DNA of 62,931 nucleotides, filler included, from Basidioascus undulatus (taxonomy: Eukaryota), in assembly GCA_000826855.1 (NCBI GenBank). It is 11 parts of 11 records of this genome, joined end to end, with 100 filler letters (N's around TTAATTAATTAA, not from the genome) between each part and the next. Parts side by side here need not be neighbours in the genome. Positions count along the whole stretch, not along the records: positions 3,843 to 28,502 come from JTLS01000233.1; 10 more parts are not named here. One strand, written 5' to 3'. The notes under the pieces are model-generated. The model was not told where the DNA came from. It saw only the letters and a program-made list of their open reading frames with translations, and did not search any database. The translations under genes and the position numbers were made by a program. Each line of letters begins with the position of its first letter. The first letter of the stretch is position 1. Positions 13,043 through 24,397 of this stretch are shown in pieces.

Positions 13043-16000
13043 TTAAGCATAGGTGTCGTGCTTGAAGAGAGTCGGGTCCTTCTCGCCCGCCTTGTCGTGA
13101 TGCTCGGGCAAGCCTTTCTCGTTGAGCTGGCCAGGAACGACAGTGCCTGACGGGTCGAGACTTGAGCCCACCGTTCCTGCGCTGCTGAGGGGAATGCCAT
13201 ACCTTCGCGCAGCTCTGCCTCGACTTCACGCACGTCGAGCTTCGGAGCCGGATGCAACGGGACGATCCATGAAGTCGGACCCCTCTGAGAGAAGAGGGCT
13301 GTCGGAAAGACATTTAGCCACGCTTACCAGGATAAGGGTTGGCAGAGCTTACCGTCCATTTCTTCGAGACGACGGCCAGTGGTTTCTGCAGGCAATGAGC
13401 CCATCAGCGGACGTGAAGCTTGGTACATCAGAACGTGCGCACCAGAGAAAAGAAGCCACATGGTAATGGCATTTGTAAAGCCACATATCGCGAAAACGAC
13501 TGTTCGAACTTGTAAGCTCTGGACTGCACTCACATTTTTAATACGCACCGTAATAACGCCAGCCAACCCCAGCAAACGCTTTGGGGGTCACTGTGGGGAG
13601 CTTCAGAAGAGTTACGATTTGCGGTTGATATGCCATAGACCGACCTTGCGCAATCATGAAGTTTGAGACCTGGGTGATTTGCGACCACTACTTGCGGATA
13701 GCGTGGATGCTCACCCAGGCAAAGCTAGACGTGATGCCGGTGCCACGAGCTCGGGTGCGGTTGTTGAAAATTTCAGCTCTGCTTCAGGTCCTCAATGAGT
13801 CATTAGGTTAAGGAGTGGAATAAAAGTCGAGAACGAACGGGTAAGCCCAGCTTAGGGGGCCGATGACAGCGGAGAAAAACAGGTTGTAGAACCAGCTGTT
13901 TGTTCGAAAACTAGTCAGTTTTGGTTGCCGGTACTCATTGACCAATGCAGCAAGCAACAATCACTTACGTTGTAAATACAAATATCCAGTGTGCCGTGTT
14001 GTTCTTAGACTCAGCAGGGTAACGGGCCTTGAGAAGATGAGTAAAGTGAACGGTCGAAGGAGAAGAATTACATGGCGATTGCAGCAGTTCCTTCAGCTTC
14101 CGTGTTCAGCCACGAAAAGGAAAACAGATAAGGGCCGCACCATCAATGCTGTCCCGATAAGAAAGCAAATACCGCAAAGCGCGTTTGCGACGATGAGGGG
14201 TCTACAGTTTCAAGACATTTCAAATCAGACCGGAGTGACACCATGACCGACCCGTCTGTCTAAAAAGCAACTTACCTGCGACGTCCCAGCCTGTCAATGT
14301 ACCAGATACAGAATACCTGACCAATCAAGGCAATGATTGAATTGACGGTCTGTAATAAAAGAGCTGGGGGAGGGAAAGGGAAGTATGGTGGTCAACAACC
14401 AAGACTTCTGACCGCCTTCGTGAGGTGTGGCGTACTCCTAGATGCCCCGAAGCCCATTGTCTTCCATTGTTGGAGTATACACCACAGGTCAGAAAGTTCC
14501 CTTAGGTGCTGACTGTAGAGTGTAAAGCTTACCGCGAAGATCTGTGGGAAGGAGAGAGAAGGGGGAGGGGGGGAGGGGCGCGGGCGCGGGGGCAGTCTCA
14601 ACACCGCGGCTTCATCATTAATGCCGTTAAAGGAATACTGGCCTGGGGACTATAGTACTGGAGCACGGAGACTACCGTAGTCTTTTAACAATGCAAGGAC
14701 TTTCAGCTGACGCCTGGTAGCAGAGCAGCGAGAGCAGATACGGCCAACAGAGAGTAGACGGTTGCTTACCTGCACCGAGAATTGCAGAATGACACCAAGG
14801 CTGACGCGCCGAAAGTTTGGCATAATCAGAAATAGTTCCTTCCAACTGCCCCAAAAGTACACAGTGGTCAGCTTCAGATGGGAACAACATAGAGTGGAGA
14901 AGGTGCTGAGTTGCGATGAACGTGGGAGACAGCCAGACGTACGCTACTTGGCTTTCGGCTTTCTCCTTGTCGAGCTCGGCCTATATCACGGGTAATCGAA
15001 TATGCATACGGATGTTTTAAGAAACGGCAGCCGTACCTGGATGTCCTCGACTTGAGAAAGCACAAACGTGTCGGACGTGTTACCTTGTGCGTGAAGCCGG
15101 GCAAGTGTTTCACGGCCTGCCATAGCTTGTCTTAAGCGAATGAACCGGCGGTAAACATGTAACCAAATTACACGTACACTCTTCGAGGCGACCTTTCTGT
15201 GCCAGCCACCGCGGACTGTCAAGAAACGAATGGCTTCAGCGGGTCGGCACAACATGACGGCATAAGCTGAGGGCGATGGACCTTTCGGGGAAAAATAGGA
15301 CTGAATTGAAACCGCATCAGGGCCCCATATCGTAAAATGCACAGTTAACGCATCAACTCACTGAACACCAGGAGAGGAACTGCAGGCATCAACTGCAGGC
15401 CGAGACTGATCCTCCACGACCGTGGGTCCGAATCGCTGCTCAGGAAACATCACGTCAGTAATCAGTGTGAATTACATCAAGAAATAACCGACGAACAATG
15501 TCTTTCCCTTGTAGTTGGTAAATGTGCCATATCCAACAAGAGAAGCAACAAGGGCACCGATGCCGAGCATGAATTGTTGAAGGGTGGTAAGTCGGCCTCG
15601 GATGCTTGGGTGCGCAATTTCGGACTGATAGAGCGGCGCCAACAGCGCAAGTCCACCTAAAAGCAGACCCACATCCACTTGAGCGCCAAATTTGTGCCAC
15701 CTTTGTCGGCGTTGAAGAGCTTACCGACACCCCATCCGGCAAAGAAACGTCCGGCCTGCATCATGCCTAGGTTTTGGGCTGCGGTCTGAATTGAACCGCC
15801 AATAGTGAAGATGACAGCCGCTGTGACAGAGGGGGGAGATTCAATATGGCCCGGCACATGGGCTGAAGATCGTACTGGTGTCAACTCACAAATCATGATT
15901 GCCTTGCGACGCCCCTCCACATCAGAGACCAAAGCAGCTGGAATGGAACCTCCGAGTGCGCCGAGCAGAAACAACCTGTATTGCGAACGGATATTGAGAT

Positions 16001-16405
16001 TAGGCAGGTAAAAGGAAAGCTTTTGACTCACGAAGTGACGAGACCTTGTTGATCGGTGTTGGTAGTGTATTTCGGCCCCATGGTCTTCCGGAATCTAGGT
16101 AAAATAGTCCTCCAAGCTTTCAGAAGATAGGGACATCTGCTGCACGAGACATGCAACACCTACGCCAGAGACGGAATCACGCTCGCAATGATGCCGAGGT
16201 CTAGGAAAAGTGTTTAGCAACCGCGCTTCCAACGTCTTCGGAGTTATCAGCTAATTTCAGTCACCGTATCCGAACAAGATACTACCGAGGCTGGCGAAGA
16301 GGCCGCAAAACCATGTGTACACTTGAACACTTGCACAGTCAGCGGGCGCGGACTGCCAGATTACACGACACCCTTGCTCAACAAACCTTTAGGTGAGAGC
16401 ACCAT
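13043..16405 (-). CDS. MFS sugar porter family transporter, very intron-rich
   Basis: FASLGSILFGYD, SDVEGRRKAI, GRFFAGWG, PLYQSEIAHPSIRGRL, FFPE/SPRWL, QYYSPQ, IGPLSWAYPAEIF..RTRARG, ETTGRRLEEMD; ends KHDTYA*. Confidence 0.9.
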
Positions 16406-17159
16406 GTCGCTTACAAGATTGGGTTGATGTAGACAACGTATAGGAAGAGTTGCGAGATAAAGCTGATGGAGCTGCTGGACTTGAAGAAAGGCATTCGAGT
16501 TGTCGGGGTCGCCGGGCCGCTGAAATAGCGGCTGTCTGCAAGGCCAGCATCACGAGACTTGCAATTTCGCCGGAACACCCAATATGGCAGGTTTGATGCC
16601 CTGAAACATCGATGAAACCATCCACACAGCTGTCATGTTTTGTTGATGTTTCCAGAAGATGGACTTCTCGTGCTCACAACATCGGGAAGGCAACGCAACT
16701 GCAAGTACAGAAGTCGCTGTCTGCCCCGTTGTGCGAAAGTACACCAGCGTCTAGTTGGCGAGTGTCCGGCTCACCGGCATGTTGTGTCATTAAACAGTTT
16801 TTATATAGCTCATTTGGCACAGGCAATCTGTGGCGTGACCCAAGCAACAGGACAGGCTGTCTCTTGCGTTTGGAGTGTTCAGATAACGGGCCGACCATCC
16901 CACTCATTCTGGTGCTCGCAGTACATGTGCATCGCAGTAATATGCATCCGAGTACCAAGTAGATTGCACCGACGGTGACAGGCAAAACCAAGTACATGTG
17001 CTGTTGCCGGCGGCTCCTCAAGACCGGTCCGGGCTGCCGCTGGCTGCCGTTTGTGGGGCCTTGTAGACAAGGTTGCGAAGTCCGAGCTGTCTTCTGTGCT
17101 TCTCTCCCACCATCTCGTCCACCAGCACCAGTATTACCGTTATTTTAGGGAAAATCAAC

Positions 17160-19548
17160 ATGACCAACAACGAAATCGAAGTGCGCGTGGATCCGAAAAG
17201 GGCCCTGGCCAAGGCGAACCCGCACATCTACAGCGGGTTCATTGAGCACATGGGGCGGTGAGCAGTCCTCTCTTCGCCTTGCGATTCCGAGCCGGCTGAA
17301 GATGACGGTTTGGACAGATGCATCTACGGGGGTGTATACGAGCCGGGCAGTCCCCTGTCGGACCCCACGACCGGCTTCCGGCTGGATGTGCTCAAGGCTA
17401 TCAAGGCATTGGACGTACCTGTCATGCGGTATCCGGGAGTGCGTTGGCACTCGTTCTTTACCGCCAGCGGTCAATATCTGAATCTTTCGCAGGGAAACTT
17501 CGTTTCGAGCTACCGTTGGCAAGGCAAGTGTACTACACCTCTTGCCAGTCTTGTTCGAAGCTAATTGACAGCGCTTTCCAGATGGGATCGGTCCCAAGGA
17601 CAGCCGCCCACGGCGCCCTGAGCTTGCGTGGAGGACCGAAGAGAGCAACTAGTTTGGTACCGACGAGGTGAGAACCAACTCGGGCTCTACTCTTGGTGAA
17701 GTCTACTGACGAGATTTTCCAGTTCATGGAATGGTGCAAAGCCGCCGGGTGCGAGCCGTACCTCTGCCTGAACATGGGCACCGGGACACTCGAAGACGCT
17801 CTTGCGTGTGAGTCTTCCATTCTTTTTTTTTAATTCAAGCCCATCATCTCAGAACGTGAACAGGGCTCGAGTACTGCAACAGCGATGCCGACAGTACGCT
17901 TTACAGCCGACACCTTCGCCTCCATCTGACTAACCTCCCCTTTCAGCGTACTACGCTAACCTCCGTCGAAATAATGGGCACGCGGACCCGTACCGCGTCA
18001 AGTATTGGGGTCTCGGGAACGAAGTCTGGGGTCCCGTAAGTGCACACCGTGGGCGGGCCGGAAGCGAGCACTGAAAGCACACCCCCCTCGGATTCACAGT
18101 GGCAAGTTGGGCAGCAGACTGCAGCAGTTGGTTCCCTCTATGTATCGCTGAAGCACGAGTCTGACTCTGTGATCATTCTTCTGCAGGATTATGCAAAGAA
18201 GGCGTATCAGTGGGGGAAGTCTCTCAAGATGCTCGACCCTACTATCAAGCTTATTGGCTGTGGCGGTGCGCTAAGGCTCCCTTTTCTCGCTTAACAACTG
18301 TGGATAAAGCGTAGTCCTGATTCCAGTATACCCCACAGAGACCGGTCACGCTGAATGGGACCACACTGTGCTCAATATCCTCGCGGGCATTGTCGACTAC
18401 CACTCGATCCACAGTAAGCCTCTTGCTGCGCACCAAGAATGCTGTGAGCAAAGCTTACTTTGAGGCCTTCCAGTCTATATCATTTCTGCTGGAAGCCACG
18501 ACATTAACGCCTCAGGCCCAGCTGCCGCGGAGAAAGCCCTCGAGATCACGTGCTCGCTTATCGACCTCGCCCGGATCACCACCGGGGCAGACAAGGACGT
18601 CAAGGTCTGCTTCGACGAATGGGGCGTGTGGGATCCGGAAAGAGGTGCATCGAACAAGCGGTCTCTCCGCGCATAATGAGGGTATTGACATCCAGTCCAA
18701 AGCTCCCGGGGAAAAGGGTGCTGAAGAGCGCTATGATCTCTCGGATGCCCTGGCGGTTGCTGCATGGATGAACGTGTTCGTGCGGAAGGTGTGTTGGATC
18801 TGACTTGGTTTTGCAAGTCACTGGTTGAACCAGGCTCAAAATTTTTTGTTGACAGGCAGCGATTGTTGGCATGGTACGCTGGCATGCTGTGAAAGCATTC
18901 CAACTTGACTCAGTATTCACGACATGGCATTTCCCGGTTCCTCCCGCAGGCCAACGTTGCTCAGAGTGTCAACGTGATTTCCGCGGTGAGGTCTTGAGAT
19001 CTTGAAGCCTGCCTGGCTTTCAGGGAGACTCACACTTTCTCGTCAGATCGTGACGAGCCCCGAAGGAGTGTACAAGCAGACTTCCTACCACGTTCTGTTC
19101 CTTTTCTCGAAGTTTATGCGAGGCACCTCCCTTGACCTAGGCGTGATCGCTCCTCGTTACACCGGTATGTCCTGCATGGACATATTCACCTGTCATCGAT
19201 ACCAAGTCACGATTTTGTCAGGGCCAACTTCCCCCGCATGGATCGCGAACTCAACCCGCCGCCTTACGTCGACGCATCGGCTGTCCTCTCCGAAGATGGG
19301 AAGGAGATCCGCCTGGCACTCCTGAACAAGCACGCCGAGCAGAGCTTCGACGTTCTCATTGGTTCGCCCACGTCAAGTTCGAGACGGAGGTCGAGGTGCA
19401 CGAAGTCTGGGCGGACTCGCTCGCCGTACGAAACGACTTCGAGCACCCCGAGAACGTGGCGGTCAAGAGCCGCACCGAGGAGTTCGACGGGGTTTTCAAG
19501 TTGAAGAAGCACTGCTTCTCACTACTCGTCTGTAAGCTGAGCGTTTAG
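17160..19548 (+). pseudogene. GH51 alpha-L-arabinofuranosidase with an in-frame TAG and two apparent frameshifts
   Basis: IYSGFIEHMGRCIYGG, RYPGGNF, YWGLGNEVWG and FDEWGVW catalytic motifs, NVAQSVNVI; TAG at 17650-17652 in ESN*FGTDE; frame changes near 19244 and 19360. Confidence 0.85.
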
Positions 19549-19715
19549 TGTTCGGGTCTTAGTCGGAACACGCTGTTATCGGGACCGCGCTGAATTAATC
19601 AGTTTCAAGTCCTGCGGATCCTGATCGACAGCCATGTGTGTGTGTGCGTTTTGCGAGGAGAAATGCTGAGGGATGGAAAAACTACGAAAATGTGTGAAGA
19701 AAGGCAAAGTCCGAA

Positions 19716-20966
19716 TCACAAACACTCGACCGCCAGCGCCAGAGCGCCGGAAACGCTCGTATCCTCCACTCGCACCGCGTCGGCGAAGACCACCCCTCGC
19801 GCCGCCAACTCGTCCAACACGAGTTTTCGGTAATCCTGGATCCCGAGAAGAGCGCCACCCATGGTGAGGATTGCGCTCTCCGGCCGCACCCGGACCCGGT
19901 CGACTAGCGGCACTATCGTCTCAGCCAGGTCGGCGGCCTCGTGCTTCACAATCCGCAAAGCCTCGGGGTCGGCCGCAGCACCGCCCGCGGGAGGGAATGC
20001 GTGGGCGAATGTGACGCGAGACGTTGACGCCACCCGGACTTTGCGGACGTTGTCGTGCTCCGAGGGGTCGGCACCAGGCGCCGCGTGCACGGCTGCGAGA
20101 AACTCGTCCGGGTCGCCCGAGACATCGAAGTGAGCCAGAACATCTTGATGGAAGGCGGATAGGGAGGAGAGGGGGATGGTCGTCGTCGAAGTCCAGGCGT
20201 GGCGGTCAAGCGCGAGAAGAGTCTAGTACGGGAAGAGAGGTGAGACAAGGGCATAACCGTAATCGACGTGCACTTACCGACCGGACCGTAGACATGCCTA
20301 TGTGGTATCCAGAGCCCTCGTCGCCGTAGACTGTGACGCCATTGGTGAGTAGGTGGTCATGCGGGCGTGGACGTAAGGGTCGCATACTGTGTCCCCAACC
20401 TCTGCTTCGCCCAATCTGGACCGGGAGGCCAGCCTCGTCCTTCGTGAACGACATGGCGATGCTCCCGGTTCCGGCAATGAGCGTAACTGCGCTTTGCACG
20501 CTGGAGTCAACCGTGCTCAGCGGGCTCGCAAGAAGTTCGGCGTCGTTCCCGACTCGAAATGCTAGCGAGTCTTCTGGCATGCTGAGCAGCTTCGCGAATG
20601 CAGGTCGGGCGGCGGCGAAGTCGGAAGGTCGGTCGAGACCTGCGAGTGCGATCCAAACCGCGGCGAAGGGAGGATTGGAGGAAGGGAAGTCGGGAGGAGT
20701 GACGGAAGCCGGAAGAGCCGTGATTGCATTGTTGATGGCGGTGGTCACGGAAGTGACCGCAATGAAAAGTCCGACGTTCGTGCTGCATGGAAAGATGGGC
20801 GTCAGCGCTGCTACTATGGGGGGGAAGGCGGGAAGGATACGAACACGTTACATGATCCGCCAAGTCCGTGGCTGAGTACACCAGTCCGGTCGGCGATAAC
20901 CGCCGCGGTCTTTGTGCCACCGCCGTCGACGCATAGTACGAGCGGCGACTTGGGCACGCCGGCCAT
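19716..20966 (-). CDS. BadF/BadG/BcrA/BcrD-type ATPase, N-acetylglucosamine/sugar kinase-like
   Basis: LCVDGGGTKT, ALAGLD, VGNDA, LIAGTGSI, GWG..YGDEGSGYHIG, LTMGGAL. Confidence 0.88.
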
Positions 20967-22933
20967 ACTTGACGTTGTCCAGTTAAAAAATGAAGGCGGC
21001 GATAAGAGTTGCACGATCGATCGGAGATCTAGCGGCGTAGCGAGCGAGTCGGGAATTAGAGATCCAGCCAACCTGTATCCTTTGTGAGCGAGTCCAGGAT
21101 CAAGACGAACAGTTGAGCGGTTTCACGAGCGAAAGAGGAGGCCTGAGGAAGATGTCGTCCGAAGCCAACAGTGCTCCGCCAAGTTGCCGGTCCCGGCCGG
21201 CAGCGCCTGGGCCGCGCTTTTGCCACTGCTCTTGTCGGTTCTTGCCGTCCTATTTCGCGCCCGTTGTGGTCGTCACCGTTTTCATTGTGTTCCATTTGTG
21301 GGATTCAAGTTAAAGAGGTGAGTTGCAATGAAGGATACACGTTGAATAGTAGTCAAAGCTACGGCGGTTTCACCAAGGTTTTTAATAGCCAGCATTAGCA
21401 ATGACTTTCCTGCTGAAAGCATTGTTCCCCCTAAACTTCCCATATGTCTTGACCGTATGATATACTATAGGGTTGGATGCACGCATTCACTTCTGTGGCT
21501 GTTCGTGTTAACGACTCGTCCGCTGGACGTTGTTTCAGGCTGCCCTCCATGCAATTTCCTTCCAAGCCGCGCGTTCACTGCCTGCTATGCTTGGTCAGAC
21601 AGGCCATCGCCTTATTATTTAACATATGAAGCTCTCCGGAAGTCCCAATTTTGTGTCATGAAGCATTATCTCTATGCTGCGCTCGTCGTTCGTGTGTCTA
21701 ATACGTCGGTTTCCACGCTGCCCCCAGCACTCGGCACCCTCATTGAACTCGACTGCCCTGATCCCACCTAAACAAGTTAATGGATATCAGCATTTGAAGC
21801 TTCTAGAAAGTGTATCAACAGTTTTGCAGCCCTTGAAAAACGCAAAGACTACGATGCAAACGGCTGCCTGCAGTGAGCTAACAGTGTCGAACGTGGACCA
21901 GAGCTGAGCTGAAGCTTTCCGCAACACAACTCGGAGTAACTGTGCACAGGAATCTTCAATGTCTCTATTATGTGCAAACTACCAATACAAGTATCGCGGT
22001 GTTACTAGGAAGATCTGATAGACAAGCCTGGCAGCGTCGGTTTGTTCGAGTCTGCCCAGGACTGCCGAACTCCTGCGCGAGAACTGTCCCTCTGACCATG
22101 CATACTGCGATTTCTCTAATACTTCTTTCCGCCTGAGTGTTCAAAATACCTGAATCTATAGAAATATTGCACCCAGCTGGTTCGCTCAGGTGGCCGTCGC
22201 ACTGGCGGTCGCACTGGAGACTTATCCGGCAGTCGCAATGGCGAGACGAACACCGGCAGCCCACACTCACTTTCGCAACATGAGTTCCCAGAGCATACTG
22301 TTGGTCCAACAAGATAGTTATAGAATGACAACCGGAGGCCCCCGGGGTTTCTCAATACTTCGGTACAGCATCGGAATTCAGTATGAAAAGGGTGGCAACG
22401 GCTTGGGCTGCCCTGCATTCGGGCGCGCCGGAGCGCTGGTTGGCCAAAATTTTCCAGAAAACTCCTGAATTCGATACGGAAGTACGTTACTGGCGGTCAA
22501 GAGTTCCGAGGTGCGCGGGCACGCCGGGTCTAGCAGCCAGTGCCAGTGCCGTGCCCTCTTTACCCTTTGCAGGGGGTTCATGCCCTGGCGGTGAATGGCC
22601 TATTCCACGACCGGGCTCCTCGAATGAAGGCACCTGTACACTCTAAAAAGGAGTATAATAGGAGGCCGCCAAAACGGCTACACAGGACCTGGTCAAGGCA
22701 GTCTTGCGTCGATTGCTGCTGAATTTCAGCGCTTAGCGTCTTGCGAGTATGGGAATGCGCATTTCTCTGGACGCTCTGGACGCCCGGAGCATTCCGCCAA
22801 TGCCCCAAGGACACCCTGCAATCCTCGCGCTCAGTCTAAAGCCATCCCCTGAACGAGCGCAACGCTCGCCTAGCGCAGTATGCCATTCCGCACCTGCGAC
22901 AGTGTCACCCGCGCTGCAGCGTCGTCGCAACCA

Positions 22934-22940
22934 TATAAAA
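22934..22940 (+). promoter_or_regulatory. Candidate TATA box of the PriA-like gene
   Basis: TATAAAA about 110 nt upstream of ATG 23051, followed by a CT-rich leader. Confidence 0.5.
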
Positions 22941-23050
22941 GAAGCGCTCGCTGTCCTTCCATTTTCGCTACACGCGGCAGCAGTTTAGTCTTGCACTCGT
23001 TCCCCTCCTCCCCACACGGCTCTTCAGCAACCTACGCTCCTTCATCCGAC

Positions 23051-24178
23051 ATGCCCTCCGCCGCCACGCTCCTTCTCCCGCTCCTCGCGCTCCTCCCCCT
23101 CGCCGCGCGCTCCTCCCCCTTCGGGCTCTCCTCCCCAACGCGGACAACGCCTTCCCTCGACCCACGCGGGCGCCCGCTCCTCGACGTCTGCGCGTCCCTC
23201 AGCGCGCTCGTTCTCCCCGGCACCCCCCCGCTCTTCGACCTTGACATCTGCCTGTGCCTCTCCGCGCTGCCGCTCACGCTCGACGCGTTCCTCGATCTCG
23301 ACGCCTCCCTCGCCCCGCTCAAGAACGTCCTCGGCCTCAGGCGCAGGAGTGTCGCCGAACGCGGGCTGCTCGACTTGGGACTCGACGCCGAGCTCGATCT
23401 TGGGCTCATCAACGTCGACAATATCAACATCGACAACCTCAACATTGGCGCCGATCTTGGGCTCCAGATCGGCGGCGGGGTCGCACATATGGCTGACGAC
23501 GCCATCTACGGCTTGATAAAAGACAGCGTGAGTGTTTCTTCGGACTAAATGACCACGCACGCTTGATCTGACGCCCTTCGCTCTTCGCAGATCCGCAATG
23601 CCCCGTCAGCCTGCGAGTGCACCGTGCGGCCGAACAGCCGTCCCATCTGCACGCAGCACGACCCGTGTGCATACGAGTAAGCCCTCTACTCCGAACATCG
23701 TCTTCAGTCGGTAACTCGATCTGACGAGCTTCGACTCCAGATGTGCCCGCGGCTACAAGCGGTGCCCCGACGGGTCGTGCTGGAGCTCCTGCCCGTCCAA
23801 CACGCTCTTCCGCAAGCGCAACCATGGCCACCAGCTGCCGCTCAGCTTGTGCCTGCCCAACGAGCGCGCGTGCCGCTTCGGCGAGAGCGGGCTGCAGCAC
23901 AAGTGCACCGACATCAAGGTCAGCCTCCCTTCCCCATCCCCCTCGCGGAAAACCAGGACTTACAAAACTGGAATTGGGAACTTCGGCAGACGTCCCTCGA
24001 GACGTGCGGCGGCTGCCCCGGCGAGGGGGGCAGGAACTGCGCCGACATCCCCGGCGCAGACGTCGTCGAGTGTATGGGCGGCCGGTGCCTCGTCAAGTCG
24101 TGCGTGCGCGGGTGGCACCTGACGCTCGACCACTCGCACTGTATCCGCCGGGCGGGTCGGCGTCCTGCGCGGCGGTGA
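23051..24178 (+). CDS. Secreted cysteine-rich PriA/CPL1-like protein
   Basis: Signal peptide MPSAATLLLPLLALLPLAA; DICLC; C-terminal LETCGGC...GRNCADIPGADVVECMGGRCLVKSC..GW. Confidence 0.85.
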
Positions 24179-24397
24179 AGGCCCTGATTTGATGAGGGCC
24201 ATCTCCTTATCACCATGTCCCACACTCCTTCAGACACTCCTTCCTTCGTCGCTCTTTGGTCTGACTGTAATCCGTAGTTAATCCTGGCTCAGCGACGCTC
24301 TGGCAGCGCGCGATCATCTCATATACCTAATCATGGCACAATTGCGCAGCGTGGTGCGTACGTTGCATACTGCATGAACGTGTGTTCCCGACGGCGC

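Noticed and set aside
17053..17058. CreA/Mig1-type SYGGRG site upstream of GH51
   Set aside because: A single 6-mer in GC-rich DNA is expected by chance
17650..17652. Stop-codon reassignment or A-to-I rescue of the GH51 TAG
   Set aside because: TAG terminates ordinary genes here (LOG, UTP21, PLAC8), and the position is not a conserved Trp, so editing to TGG would not restore the consensus
11823..20966. Prokaryote-style operon or defence system (LOG plus kinase plus hydrolase)
   Set aside because: All genes have spliceosomal introns and mixed orientations; nothing indicates bacterial organisation
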